A stretch of DNA of 64,000 nt from assembly GCF_009914755.1 (NCBI RefSeq), contig NC_060930.1. One strand, written 5' to 3'. Source of the stretch: the human T2T-CHM13v2.0 reference genome, Homo sapiens. The notes below the pieces were generated by a model that was given only the letters and a program-made list of their open reading frames with translations, was not told the origin of the DNA and did not search any database. Made by a program: the position numbers and the translations under genes. Below, piece by piece: positions 16,050 through 36,857 of the stretch (the stretch's first letter is position 1; every line of letters starts with the position of its first letter).

Positions 16050-19000
16050 TCATCTTAAAAAACACAAAGATAATCACTTCCCATTTTCCTGCTTTAGTTT
16101 CTCTCTGCTCCAGTGCCATCAAAAAGAAAGAAAGAAAGAAAAAGCTACAAACATGAGTCAAGGCTGTATATAGCAGCTCTGGATCCTATCCCAGTTGGGT
16201 TGACTACTTTGGGCTCAGTGTCTCTTGGTAAGCAGTGATTCTCACTTGTCAAAATAAAGGTGGAAAACTAAGAAGCATAGTTTCCTTGATAAGCCCAATG
16301 GTCTCTGGATAGTCTTGAACTCATTATATCCTCTATTGGTAAATTTCTATTTTGTAAGCCACTAGTAATAAAAATAATAGAAACCAGTGTCATTTTCACT
16401 GCGATGGGAATAGGGGATGGGGCAAAATTATAACCACAAATCAGAACAATGGCACAGAAAAGCAAGAACTGAGGGGGTCTCTCGATTCTAATCTACCAAA
16501 GGACCATTCAGCAATGATTCTCTAATTTTTCTCTGTATTTTTTACGTAGGGGGGGAAAACACACCTTCCCACTGGGTTCCCTCTCGCTACTCATTGCTAT
16601 TTGCCTTATAAATGTATTGCCGAAAATAATAGCAATGCAATCAACGTCCTGCTTCTTTCTTTCCCCATCCCAGCTGACTCACAGCTAAAGTGAGTGGCCT
16701 GATATGGAAAGGCTGAATCACATGAGAGTAGTGTAGGAAGTACTCAGGAAAATGGATCACCATAACTGAAACTCAGAAAGCTCTGATGGCAAACATTTCA
16801 GACACTGTGGAACTGAGACAGGTAACCCCAAAGCCTCTCCAGCCAGGTGACATGTCAGCCTGTTGCTGGATCTAATTTCTGGCTCTAGCTTCAGTTGGCC
16901 TTTGCTGATGTTATAGAAAAAACTATTTTCATTAGCACAGGAAATCTATATCAGGCCTTTTCTTTTCTGCCACTTTTTTTCTCCAAAATTCTTCTGATTA
17001 TTTTTAAGGAAACAAAGGCAGGCAGACACAAAATAAGTTGTATAAAACTAGGTTAGGCCAGGCGTGGTGGCTCGCACCTGTAATCCCAGCACTTTGGGAG
17101 GCCGAGCCAGGCAGATCACCTGAGGTCAGGAGTTCGACACCAGCCTGGCCAACATGGTGAAACCCCACCTCTACTAAAAATACAAAAAAATTAGCTGGGC
17201 GTAGTGGCAGGCGCCTGTAATCCCAGCTACTTGGGAGGCTGAGGCAGGAGAATCGTTTGCACCTGGGAGGCAGAGGTTGCAGAGCCAAGACCTCGCCAAT
17301 GCACTCCAGCCAGGGCAACAAGAGCAAAACTCCATCTCAAAACAACAACAACAACAACAACAACAACAAAAATCCTAAGTCAAAATGAGCACAAACTAGA
17401 CACCAAATCCCATAAAATTAGCTGCTCAGAGAGGGTTGGAGGCCTGCCAATAATTGTGTTCCCCTTGGCTGCACATTCATAGGAATGGGTTTTGGGATCA
17501 GAGGACCATCTTCTGTGGCATTGCGCCTCAGGAAGATGCTCGATGGCTCTCAGAGCTCAGCCTCAGTGCCTGAACAGGGTCTGATGACAGCAAGCACTGT
17601 CTGCATGTTTTACATCTCATGCATGCTTTGTTTTTCTGACCAGATTTTCCATCACTTTTCCAGGCTTTCTTGAGCAAAGACTGACTGTGCCTTCTCTCCA
17701 GAGAGTCAAAGCCATGTGAGTTTCCATAGCCACAGCCACAATCAACATGCAGACCCTCAGGCATCAATTGCTCCATGTACAGGGGGCTCCATGAAGTAGA
17801 ATAGCAGATGATGAACACCTGCCCAGGCACTTGGGTCTTGGGGTAGAAGTGATGATTTTTGAACTCTTAAGTGACAGGCACCCATTAGCATCTAATTTAA
17901 TTCTCACAATGGGCAAATTTGTCTTATCCCCACTTTCCAGATGAAGACTAGAACCTCAGAGAGCAAAATTAATTTGCCCAAGGTCACATACATCTAGGAA
18001 GCATGGAGTCAGGTTCAACCTCCCCTGACCATCTGACTCCAAAATCCAGGCTCTCTCCACGGCCCCATTGACTTCCTCTAAAAAGAATGCAATGCATTCA
18101 TTTCTCTCTTTTACAATAACCCATTTTTAAAGCTGTTCGGGGAGCCTGGGCAAGGCAGGTCCTTAGAAAGCAGGGGGCAATGACAGAAACCTAATCTTGG
18201 AGAACACGGAAGCACAGTGGTACGAATAGGATGACCAGAAAGATGGAGTGGGGGACAGCCCAGCTGGCCACAGGCCTACTAGGGCTCATCACATCCCCTT
18301 TGCCATGGGTCAGGCCTGCCAATGCCTCAGGCTGAGGCTGTGGCCAGAAGGACCAGTAGGTTTTGCTGCAGCCACTGGAGGGAAATGAGTTCTAGACAGC
18401 AAGAAATTAAGTGAAATCTAAACACATATACACAGTTTGCATCTATGCCAGATAAAAAATAAAAACAAAGTGACCCTTGATGGCAGATTATTTTTGAGAG
18501 GTTCAGAGCCAGCCCCATATTTCTCTTTTCTGCAGTCCTAAGAAACTTTGAAGAAATAGGGACATTCTCAGGCAGAGTGAATCAAGAGCCCCCAGCGGGT
18601 TGGCGCACGGTGGCTCATGCCTGGAATCCTAGCACTCTGGGGGGCTGAAGTGAGAAGATCACTTGAGGCCTGGAGTTTGGACAACATAGTGAGACCCTGT
18701 CTCTGAAAAAAAAAAAAAAATCATAAGGCCTCCAGAGATAAGAGGTGGAGAGAAAACTCCACTCCCATGGAATGAAGAAGATGAATGAGTCTCATAGGTC
18801 TTTTCTGGTCCAGATTAGGAACTCAAGAGTATAGTCTGGGCAGCTGCCATGTGTAGGGCCAGGGGTCAGCAACATTCTCTGCTTGAGCCAGGGATTTGCA
18901 AGGGGCATGTCAAGGCCTCAGGGAGGGCTTCTCAGCATTCCTAGGGACATGCCTCCCTGTGGAGGGCCGCTGCACTGCATTGAGAGGTGTCACTGGCAGA

Positions 19001-19751
19001 ACTGTGCTGCACAGATGAACAAGGTGGCAGCGGAAAACAAAATGAGTGCCATAGGCTACCTTTGAGGCAGACCTTCTGTTCAACAGGCTAAAATGCTAAA
19101 AATGGGCTTGCTCAGGGGTTGGAAATTCAATCGTCTGCCAAAACCCTCTCAAAACTTGGCCTTTCTATTCCCAGAATCAATGAGTGCATTTGGCACAGCC
19201 AGTCTTCCTCCAGTCTGCATTGCACGCACAAGTGGAATCCTGCTGTTAAGACAGCTCTGAGGCTGAACTGAAGCCCTTCTTCCTCCTTCCATCTACACAT
19301 ACCCTAAACCCTTTCAGTACTCCATGAAAGTCCCACTTCTGCCATCATTCTCCTTCTTGCAATATTTATGCCGCTTTTTAAAAATCGTCCTCATTCTGCA
19401 CTCAATTTTCCTTGCACTGTGATTTAGTTTTTTTCTAGCCGTGCACATCTTGTCTCCCAAATTTACATTATGCTTATATACTGAATAAACAAAGTATGTC
19501 ATAAAAAGTTAGTGGAACTAATCTCTGGAATCTCCATTTCCATTTCTTCTTCTAAAACTCTCCAAGTCTCTTTGGAGTCTCTTTGACTCCAAAGTTTTTG
19601 CATGCTTGTACAAAACACTCTTCTTCTGAACATAGCCCAAATTTCTCTGTCTATTAAGCAGTAGTGGAAAAGGCCAATGTGTCCGGAAGAAGCTCTGTGA
19701 CAAACAAAACTTGGTCCACATAAAATGGTACAATGTAGTCTTATTCTAGAC

Positions 19752-19978
19752 CAAACTTGTCCAACCTGAGGCCTGCGGGGCCACATGTGGCCCAGGACAG
19801 CTTTGGATGCAGCCCAACAAAAATTCGTAAACTTTCTTAAAACATTATAAAATATTTTAGCGATTTTTTTTTTTTTAGCTCATCAGCTATTGTTAGAATT
19901 AGTGCATTTTATGTGTGGCCCAAGACAATTCTCCTTCTTCCAGTGGGGCCAGGGAAGCCAAAAGATTGGACACCCCTG
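19752..19978 (-). mobile_element. MER30 hAT-Charlie MITE
   Basis: Reverse complement begins caggggtgtccaatcttttggcttccctgg; 8-bp TSD-like flanks TTCTAGAC/CTCTATAC. Confidence 0.9.
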
Positions 19979-20331
19979 CTCTATACCCAGGCTCTCACCC
20001 CTGCCTAATCTTTCTGACTTGTATTACCTTTTACCTTATGCTTCACCACATATTTGCCCATGGACTATGACACTTTGTCTTTCCATGTGAAAGTTGACTG
20101 TTCATTCTGCTGACACATTCGTTTCTGACCATGGCTACACCTTTTACTATGTTTCTGCAGCAGAAGCTTGTCTTTGACCTCTGCCACTGTTTCTCTGGCG
20201 TCTGAATGCTGACTCATTCCCCGGGCAACCCCAGTTTCAATTCCGATAGCTCTCTGACATTTTGTCACTCTGCATAGTTGAGATGGGACACCTCTCAGGT
20301 TAGCCTGTTGTAATTTTATCTAGTCAGTTCA

Positions 20332-20658
<327 letters not shown>

Positions 20659-21031
20659 TCATGAACATTAGACTTATAAAATCTCATGCCTGCAATTAGA
20701 CACTTTGCCTCTACAGTCTTTTCGACCACCATTCTCTCTATGTATGCTTAACACATGCCTAAACATTTAGTTTACTGACTCAGAATACCTGCAGAAAATC
20801 TGACCTAGATAATTTTCTCTTATACAAAAGTAGAACAATTATACATTCTCTAGGCTCTCCTAGACAAAGACCTGACACCCTGTCATGAAAGCCCCTTGCC
20901 ATGCCCTTTTGAAGAAGCCAGGAAAATTTTTGCTTTGCTGCCAAGGTGTGTAGAGTTGTATTATTGCTTTTCCAGACTAGGTGTGAGAATGCATCTTCCC
21001 ACAGGGGGAAAGCATTAGCAGATGATGGTAA

Positions 21032-21328
<297 letters not shown>

Positions 21329-21686
21329 TAAAGTGTTGGTATTACAGGCGTGAGCCACCACACTTGGCCAGTTTACCTAAAATATTCTTATCCTTTAGGT
21401 ATGTTACATGGAAAGTGGGGTTTTGTGGGCTAATATACGGAAACCTCTCACATATTTCTGTAGAAAATGGCTTTCAAGTTCCACATTGACAAGTAACTTT
21501 TAAGACAAAATCTGAGCAAAAATTAAGGCAAGCATGGAATCCAAATTCATCCCAGAGGTCTTTCCCATTAAGCATAGCATTAAAACAGCAAGAAGATTAA
21601 ACCCATTTAATTCCCTACTCTGAATATACATATGAATTGATATGAATATGTTTATGTATTAGAGATCAAATTGTATTTCAACATAC

Positions 21687-21800
21687 CTGTTGTCTTCCTC
21701 CAGATTTATCCTGGATAATAGTCCTAGCAATAGCACCAGTAAACACACAAGATCTGAAAAATGAACTGACGACATTGCAAAGGCCGATGGCTATTAAATC
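21687..21800 (-). CDS. SLC26A8: SLC26A8 coding exon (probable exon 10), 114 nt, DLIAIGLCN...KSGGRQQ; TM9-TM10
   Basis: Acceptor tctttacag, donor CAG|GTATGT; L.A.G..N...SFF and GG..Q SLC26 motifs. Confidence 0.97.
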
Positions 21801-22064
21801 CTGTAAAGAAACAGCAGATGCTTTAGGCCCCCGTTTTTGTTGAAGAATGCTGATTTTGAGTTGAAGGCATATGGTTTTTTTTTTTTATATGAAGATAGGG
21901 TTGTTTGCATCACTTGAAATAACAGATTGAAATATTATTAGAAGGCCGGATGAGGTGGCTCACACCTATAAGCTCAACACTTTAGGAGGCTGAGGCTGGT
22001 GGATCACCTGAGGTCGGGAGTTTGAGACAAGCCTGACCAACATGGAGAAACCCTGTCTCTACTA

Positions 22065-22223
<159 letters not shown>

Positions 22224-22443
22224 TCAAAAAAAAAAAAAAAAAAAAAATTAGAACAAAAGGATGGCACATCTGATTTTCTTGACTAAACCAAATCATCATT
22301 TTAGCTAGTCATCACAAGGAAAGTGCTTTTTCAAGGTGAGAAAATGAGACTCTGGCATTTTTATTCTCTTTCAAGTGATGACCAGGACTTAGGATGACAG
22401 GGAGAAGCACAATGCTATTCTCCCTGCCTTATGTGCTACCCTA

Positions 22444-23143
<700 letters not shown>

Positions 23144-23515
23144 CTACTCCTGGCCCAACCCTGGCTTTTTATAAGACGTTCTGCAGCATTTCTTATTGCA
23201 CCTCAGTATGTGGTTGGAGGACTTGGTAGAAAGAAAGCTAAAATTAAGAAAAGTGAAACTCTCCTAGCTTAACAACATGATGCCATAATTTTCTGGCCTC
23301 TCTGTATCATATCTGTTCTAGGGCAATAACACTCAGGTTAATTCAAGTGCCCTCAAAGTTAAGTATCCCTCACCTCTCAAAAATCCTTTGTGATTACTGT
23401 CCAAACCATGGTCCAAGTGGCTCTTCAGTTAAAAAAGACTCCTGCTTCATGTTGGCAGGAGGCTTTGATTAAAGAACAAAGAGTTAAGGATCAGAGGAAG
23501 TAGTAGTCCTCTCAC

Positions 23516-23663
23516 CTGGTTGGAATTGACACTGTAATTGTGAAGACTGGCAATCTTCTTGCCCAGAAATATGAGCAGAAAGGAGCTCACCAAAGATAAG
23601 GAGAAGGCTTGTAAAATTATCTTGGGAAGAAGGCTGAAATCTGGTGTTACAGGAAGCAGAAAG
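23516..23663 (-). CDS. SLC26A8: SLC26A8 coding exon (probable exon 9), 148 nt, FLLPVTPDF...YSVNSNQ
   Basis: Acceptor ctattccag, donor CAG|GTGAGA; ends in the conserved NQ(E/D) motif. Confidence 0.97.
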
Positions 23664-23994
23664 CTGGAATAGAATAGTGGAATTATTTCTGGATAGCAGG
23701 AATCCTTTCTTGGTACCTCCGCCACTCTATTCTAACACTGGGCTGTCCTGATTCTTTTTTTTTTTTTTTTAATAACAATAGGGACAAGCGGAGTGATTGA
23801 GGCAGCAGCCTGCCAAAACTGCCAGCAAACCAAGCCAAGTTATGAAAGCCATTGAGAGAACATGTTGTTGTGTTTTGCAGTTCAATGTTTCTGCCAGGTA
23901 GCAATGGCAGTAAACAGAACAGGCCAAACATTAACGATTCACGAAAAATGGTTTCTTGATACTGTTTGAGGCCATACCAATAGGTGAACAATAG

Positions 23995-24650
<656 letters not shown>

Positions 24651-25317
24651 ATCTTGATGATTTGGGGAGAGTGGTGTTTTTCTATAGATCCATACTGGCA
24701 TAATTCTTTAAGTCAAATCTGGAAGCACAAATATGCTTCCTTTTTTATTTCTCTAGATTACTTTCTAAGTCAGAAAAAAAAATCTAAGTGTTTTAGATAA
24801 GGTTTGCTATTTGAAACGCTTATTCATTCTTTTGATTATCTTTAATCATTTCATCAAAGACAAATATGTATGCCTCAACAGTTGATTTCCTTCTGATAAA
24901 TTATATAAAAATCCAAATTCAATAAAATGAATCATGTAAATACCCTTGGGAAAATTATCTTAAAAGAAATTTTGTGATATATATTTCCACAAAGCAAATA
25001 ATACCTTATCTAATTAAAATTTCTTATTAGTTCTTGCATTTAAAATTTTATTTTTGAGTAGAAAGAATTCACTTTTAGCACCTCAAAGAGCTAAATATCA
25101 TTTTCTTCACCATCCAACTATGTCTTCTTCTTCTTCTTTCCTTCTTCTTCTTCTTCTTTTTTTTTTTTTATATTGAGACCAGGTCTTGCTGTGTCACCCA
25201 GGCTGGAGTGCAGTGGCGTGATCATGGCTCACTGCAGCCTCATCCTTCCTCAATAAATCCTCCCACCTCAGCCTCCCAAGTAGCTAGGATTTCAGATACA
25301 TGCAACCACACCTGGCT

Positions 25318-25351
<34 letters not shown>

Positions 25352-25571
25352 ACGGAGTCTCACCATGTTGCCCAGGTTGGTCTTGAAATCCTGAGCTCAA
25401 GCGATTCGCCTGCCTCAGCCTCCCACAGTGCTGGGATTACAGGCATGAGCCACTGTGTCTGGCCCTACTATGTATATTTTAATTTCTTATTTATAATTTA
25501 TAACTTAAGGCCGGGCACGGTGGCTCACGCTTGTAATCCCAGCACTTTGGGAGGCCGAGGTGGGCAGATCA

Positions 25572-25848
<277 letters not shown>

Positions 25849-26307
25849 CTAAGTAGAAGCATAACTGAATGCTTACAGGTAGGTATTTAACTTATTATCA
25901 AATTCCACCTTTTTGTCTTTGTAAGAAGCTAGGTAAGAATGAGGCTGTCCCAAAGAGGTACACAGTAAATGTAATTTACTACCCCAATCTATATTAGTAA
26001 AGCTTGAATATTTAGTATGATAACAACATAAACTACTGTTTTTCCTTTCTGTTCTCTGTAACAGCCGATTCTTGTTAGCAAATGAGGTTAAAAGGGGACA
26101 TGGACACAGCAGGAGCTAACTTAAATTGTCCAATCTTACTATTCTCTAGCAGCCCTGGATAAATACATAATAAAAGAGAAAGCTCAAAGCAACGCTTAAA
26201 ATTAGACTTCTGAAATGCTCATTTGTCCATCTGTAACTTTGAATCTTATAAGAGATAAGCAAAACTTGGTTGTGTGGGTTTTTTCTTTTTTCTTTTTTAC
26301 TTTTTGA

Positions 26308-26649
<342 letters not shown>

Positions 26650-28433
26650 TAATTATAGACTTTGGAATTAAGGAGAAATATGTTCAAATGGTAGCTCTGC
26701 CATGGAGGAGCAATGTGCTAAGTAATTTAAACATGGGAAGCCTTAGTTTCCTTAGCGTAAAAAAGAAGACAATATCTACCTCAAAGCATTACTGTGGGGA
26801 GCAAATGAAATAATACAAATATGTAAAGTGTCAATCCCACTGTTGTTCTTGTTATTATTTTTTTTCCTGAGGACAGAGATCGTGTCTTGCTTATCTTTGT
26901 ACTCTCTAGTACCTAGGTGGTGTCTGCCCACATTTTTTAATTGACTGGAATTTCAAGTTGATTCAGCCATCGTCAGATTTCATTGAGAACTGGGTAGGTT
27001 ATGAGACTAGTTCAAACTGATTGTGTCAAAATAGCCTACATTTGCCCGGGTGTGGTGACTCACGCCTGTAATCCCAGCACTTTGGGAGGTGGAGGTGGGA
27101 GGATCACCTGAGTCCAGGAGTTCGAGATCAGCCTGGCCAACATGGTGAAACCCTGTCTCTACAAAAAATACAAAAATTAGCCAGGCGTGGTGGCAGGCAC
27201 CTGTAATTCCAGCTACTCAGGAGGCTGAGCAGGAGAATCACTTGAACCCGGGAGGTGGAGGTTGCAGTGAGCTGAGATGGCGCATTGCACTCCAGCCTGG
27301 GCGACAGAGCAAGACTTGTCTCAAAAAGAAAAAAAAAAGCCTACATTTTGTGATCCTGGAGTTTAGCAAGTATGCTTCACTCTTTACAGGATTCCTTATT
27401 ATACAACGTGAGGAAATGGGCAATGCTCTTCAAAAGCCTCTCTGTGAGTCAAGAAACTGCAGTATATTGCCTTTCTTAGCTAATGTGATTCATCTGATTA
27501 AGGTTAAAAAAAATAATTTCCTAACAGAAGCAAGAGCCATGCCTCATAGTCACTGGTAGGAATTATAATGTAAATTGATTGTGAGTCCTTAAGAACTCCA
27601 TATGCCAGGCTATTTGAAGATCACTTTCTACCCAGAGTAAGAAAACAATGTTGCTCAAGGGCACCAATTCTGACCGGGCACTGTGGCTCATGCCTGTAAT
27701 CCCAGCACTATAGGAGGCCAAGGCAGGAGGAATGTTTGAGTCTGGGATTTTGAGACTAGCCTGAGCAACACAGCAAAATGCTGTCTCTACTAAAAATGCA
27801 AAAAATTAGCCAGGCGTGGCAGTGCACGGCGGTGTACACCTGTAGTCCCAACTACTCAGAGAGCTGAGGAGGGAGGATCACTTGAGCCTGAGAATTCAAG
27901 GCTGCAGTGAGCCATGATTGCGCCACTGCACTCCAGCCTAGGCAACAGAGTGAGAACCTGTCTCAAAAATAAATAAATAAATATATAAATAAATAAAACA
28001 GGGCATCTATTTAGTCTAAGTTTGTGAAGGCAAAAGGAACGTTCATCTTCTGAACACAGAGCCACAGGAGAGAGGCTAGAAAAACCGAGGCATCTCTTGT
28101 CCACCCCTTGAGAATTAATCAGAGAGGTATAGTAGTTGAGAAGGCCTATCATGTGCTATGAAAAAAAACATGAGATTCTCTGGTATTCAGTGCATATAAC
28201 AGTTTTCCTGGATAAGGGGATGGGTTCAACTATGAGAAGAGAGACAGAGGCTGACCAGAGAAGACACAAGGAGTTGTCCCTAGCCCTTCTCCTTTCATGA
28301 ACCTCTGTGTTCAAAAATGAATTTTGCTTTGGCCAGAGACTGCTAGTAGAAAATATCAATCAGGCTGTGTGGTCAGAGGCTAAGAGAGGGTATCAGAAAG
28401 AGAAAAGCAATCTTGAAAAGTGGAATTACTGAC

Positions 28434-28516
28434 CTATAAGGAATCATGTCAATAAGCGTCTGGCTGGTTTCTGTGGCCATGCTTATCTTGTTTGCAATCA
28501 CAGTGAAGCCAATAAT
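28434..28516 (-). CDS. SLC26A8: SLC26A8 coding exon (probable exon 8), 83 nt, IIGFTVIANK...IDMIPY(S)
   Basis: Not in the ORF track; found by reading the minus strand. Acceptor ccctacag, donor AG|GTCAGT; the phase bridges the flanking exons. Confidence 0.95.
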
Positions 28517-29883
28517 CTGTAGGGGGTAAAAAAAGAAGGGATGGGGGCATATGAATACCTAAATATAGTGCATCGCTTCTAGAAGCAGAGTTGCCCATTG
28601 CCTCTGGCAGGACAGAAAATGAAACAGGCAGCAGTCCCTATGCATGCAAGTTGGAGAGAGAGGCATGGCTAGTTCAGCGGAGCAAGGCAGGCATTAGAGA
28701 TCTTCCCTGTTTCTTTTGGTTCTCTAAGCCAGAGTGCAAAACAACTTGGTCTGTGAACATGATGGGAACAAATGGACGCCATGAACTTCTGTATCCCCAT
28801 CATCTTCATTTATTTTTTCTTGTTTTAATATTTAATATATTTGAATCTCAATGGCTTTCAGTGAGATCGATCCATTTAAATACTGAATGACTTGGAAAAT
28901 ACCTCTTTGCTCCTCTTTAAATAAAGGGTATTTCAGAGTTTATCAGGAAGTGGGGAATCTCCCCACCAACTTTAAACATCTAGATTAATATAAACATGTT
29001 TTCAGATAATGGCTGTATCAAGTTTTCAGTTTCAAAAGTTTTTAGTTCCAGGTACATTGTAGTAATACAGATATGCCTTTTAGGGGCTTGTTGAGGTATA
29101 CCAAAAGAGAAACATGATTAACCCTTAATAATATGGAGCAACATTTAATTGCACAAAGAAAAAGTTCTGTAGCAAAGCAACTACCTGCTTTTCCCCCCTT
29201 TCACTTACTTCTAAAAATGGCAATTCTCCCTCTAGTCCCTGACTTTTAATTAGAGGGAAAAGAGACAACCTAGCAGCTGTTATAGCTTATAAAGACTGCG
29301 TCAATGCAGATTAAACCAGAGACAAGAGACCTCAATTCCTATGTTTTAAAATAGCAATTATACAGTTGCTTTATCCCATTCTTCCTACTAACACATACTT
29401 CTTTCCCCAGCATCTACTGCAGGAGTTCAACCAGACGCTGAACAGAACAGCAGTTGACTAACCTGTGATACTGTTATCAGATGAAGACCCCTAGGAAGTC
29501 TACAGATTAGAATGGAAGGAAGAATCTGGATTACAGCTTGGATCAGAGAAGAAGAGTCTTGGTTTTTATATAATTAAGAGGCAAGAAGTATGGCAAGCAT
29601 GGCAAGGAACTCTTATTTCCAGTTTAAAGGTAATACTTGTTCACAGAGAAAAATGAAAATATGAAACATTGAAAAACAGAAATAACTCATCCAAAGACAA
29701 CTATTGTTACATTTTTTGTTTGCTATACAGCTTAAATATACATAAATTATGAACATATGTATAATTTCTTATAGCCAAGGGACCCTTGAATTATCAGTAT
29801 AGTCTACCTGGATCTCAGTTGTTGCCTTGAAAATTTTCCTAAATATTGAGTCTGCTCTTTTGCTCTCTTTTTTTTTTTTTTGA

Positions 29884-30086
<203 letters not shown>

Positions 30087-30650
30087 TGAATTCCTGACCT
30101 CAGGTGATCCTCCTACCTCGGCCTCCCAAAGTGCTGGGATTACAGGCGTGAGCCACTGTGCCTGGCCGAGTCTGCTCTCTTAAGTACAGATTGATAGATG
30201 TGTGCAGTTTCCTCCAGCACATCTAAACATTAGTAATTTCTTTGTGGGTGCTGTAAAAGGCATTTTAGACCCTAGACCGTGGGCGCCTCCATCCTCCCTC
30301 TCTCATTTTCCTCACTGCTAAGGGAAACAGGGAGGTCTTTTTCTAGTTCTACCCTGCATCTCTAATCCCTGCTATGTGGCAGAAACTGTGTCCCCATCAC
30401 TTGACATGACATGTGTATAGGTAGTGTGTTGCAGGCTTCAATAGCCTGTGAGCACAAATTATGTCACAAAAAAGGTTAATGCCTAAATTGCAATTATTGT
30501 AAGCCTTCACCTATTTTATTGCTGGACCTCTGTTTCCTCCCCTACCTCACCTCACCTCATGAAGCATTGTAATTATTTATAGCATTCTCCAAAGGAATAT
30601 ATTCTTCTTTTCTTTCTTTCTTCTTCTTCTTATTTTTTTTTTTTTTTTGA

Positions 30651-30755
<105 letters not shown>

Positions 30756-31061
30756 TGAGTAGCTAGGACTACAGGCGTGCACCACTATGCCCAGCTAATT
30801 TTTTTTATTTTTAGTAGAGATGGGGTTTCATCATGTTGGCTAGGCTGGTCTCAAACTCCTGACCTCGAGCAATCCACCTGCCTCTGCCTCCCAAAGTGCT
30901 GGGATTACAAGGGTGAGACACCGAGCTTGGCCCCCAGAGGAATATCTTGACTGTGGCTCACAAACCAATCTGTCAGCCATGGTCAAACCACAGCATTCTT
31001 TGCACTCTCACTTCTCTCCTTTCCTTATAACTCTGGTTCATGTTGATTGCTTTCAAGGCTG

Positions 31062-31667
31062 TGTAAACCAAAAACAATATTCTAAGGCCCCCAGTCATCT
31101 GAATGGATCCCATCTCTTGGCCAAGGGAATTCCGAAGTTAACCTGAAAAAACTAGTTCAGGCCATGATTGAAGCAGGGGTCAGACATACGTCATTATATC
31201 CCTCCACCCTTTTGGAATTCAGGAAAAGCCAACCAGCATTAACCTCAAAACAGACCCTTAAGTCTGACAAGAAACATTTACAACCCATTCTCTTTGAAGC
31301 CTGCTACTTGGAGGCTTCATTTGCATGACACAGCTTAGGTCTCCACAACCCCTTACCGTAACCCAGACATTCGTCTCTATTGATAATAACTCTTTCAATC
31401 AATTACCAATCAGAAAAATTTTAAATCTGCCTATGATATGGAAGCCCCCACCCCTTCAATTTGTCCCACCCTTCCAGATCAAGCCAGTGTAAATCTTACA
31501 GGTATTGATTGATATATTGTGTCTCCCTAATGTATAAAAGCAAGCTGTACCCTGAACATGTTGGTAGGACCTCCCTCCAGAGGCTATGTCATGGGGGCTT
31601 CCTTAACCTTGGCAAAATAAACTTTCTAAATTGATTGAGACCTGTGTCAGATACATCTGGGTTTACA
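31062..31667 (+). mobile_element. ERV1 solo LTR, MER4B-like
   Basis: Termini TGTAAACC...GGTTTACA, flanks GGCTG/GACTG, AATAAA near 31616; matches the recalled MER4B consensus. Confidence 0.85.
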
Positions 31668-31740
31668 GACTGCTTGAAGGAACATCACTATGATCCTTGG
31701 TGCTGATGTCTCTTAAGAGAGGGCTGGGCATGGTGGCTCA

Positions 31741-32069
<329 letters not shown>

Positions 32070-32199
32070 CTACAAAGCTGCAGCCTCCTAAGGTGCCAGA
32101 GATGGGCTGGGAAAGGAGAGGCTGTCTCTGACTGCACCCTACAAACTCCATATACACATTGTTTCCCGAGCTCTAGAGCACCATTTGTATCCAGGGTTT

Positions 32200-33318
<1,119 letters not shown>

Positions 33319-33704
33319 CCTTCAGGGTTTTGAAAAATCTTTTGAAAAACAAGCCTTTCAGCTTCTGGGCTTTATGAATTAATAGCTTTTCAAACATTCA
33401 AAGGGAAAAGAATATGCACCTCTACAAGAACTAGGTAACAGTTATAAGAAAGTTTAGTCTAAAGTCCCAAGGCAGTATTTTTCAACCTTGAAGAGGATAG
33501 ACCTGGATTAGTTAGTATAAGTGGGTTATGCTGTGGCAATGTACAAGCCATGAGATTGTAGCATTTTAACACATCGAAGTTATTTTTTTGCCCACACAAA
33601 GTCCATGGTGGGTTGGTATCTCTCAGGCAGCTTCTTTGCAAGCAGTGCCCCAGGGATTTGAGCTAATTTCACCTAGGGATTCCATTTCCTTTTCTTTTTT
33701 TTGA

Positions 33705-33863
<159 letters not shown>

Positions 33864-34724
33864 TAGTAGAAACAGGGTTTCACCATTTAGCCAGGATGGT
33901 CTCAATCTCCTGACCTCGTGATCCACCTGTCTCGGCCTCCCAAAGTGCTGGGATTACAGGCGTGAGCCACCGCTCCCAGTCTCCATTTTCTTAACATACT
34001 GCCCCTGTCATCATCACAGCAGGGGAGGAAAGAAGAGGGAACTTGCACCTATTCACCTCTACTTTGGCTCAAAAGTCACAGGGTCCTCCTAATTGCAAGA
34101 GAGACTGGGAGGTGCAGGGGACACATGATTATTTGGTTAACTTTAAGCATCTTTGCCACAGACCACCACTTAAAAAAGAAATCATTCTCATTGACACCCA
34201 AAAATTCAGCAACCTTTCTTTCTTTTTTTTTTTTTTTTTTACATGGAGTCTTGCTCTGTCGTCCAGGCTGGAGGGCAGTGGCATGATCTTGGCTCACTGC
34301 GACCTCCGCCTCCCGGGTTAAGTGATTCTCCTGCCTTAGCCTCTGGAGTAGCTGGGATTACAGGCGCACGCCACCATGCCCGGCTAATTTTTGTATTTTT
34401 AGTAGAGACAAGGTTTCACCATGTTGGCCAGGCTGGTCTTGAATTCCTGACCTCAGGTGGTCGGCCCACCTCGGCCTCCCAAAGTGCTGAGATTATAGGC
34501 GTGAGCCACCGTGCCCGGCCCCGAATTCAGCAATCTTAAAATGAAAAATGCTGACTTAGAAAATCTGAGCTTTATTGATGAAAATATCTTTATCATGGTA
34601 AAATGTTAATTATAACTGTAAAAGATAAATTTTATCAGCAGATTTTAGAAAAGAAACAAGAGGCCAGATGCATTGGCTCATGCCTGTAATCCTGGCACTT
34701 TGGGACACTGAGGCAGGCAGCTCA

Positions 34725-35031
<307 letters not shown>

Positions 35032-35084
35032 TTAGAAAAAACATTTAACATCTCATTTGCCTCAATTTCTTTGTTATATATATT

Positions 35085-35795
<711 letters not shown>

Positions 35796-35822
35796 CACAT
35801 TACAATATGTTACCTTTTGTGT

Positions 35823-36857
<1,035 letters not shown>

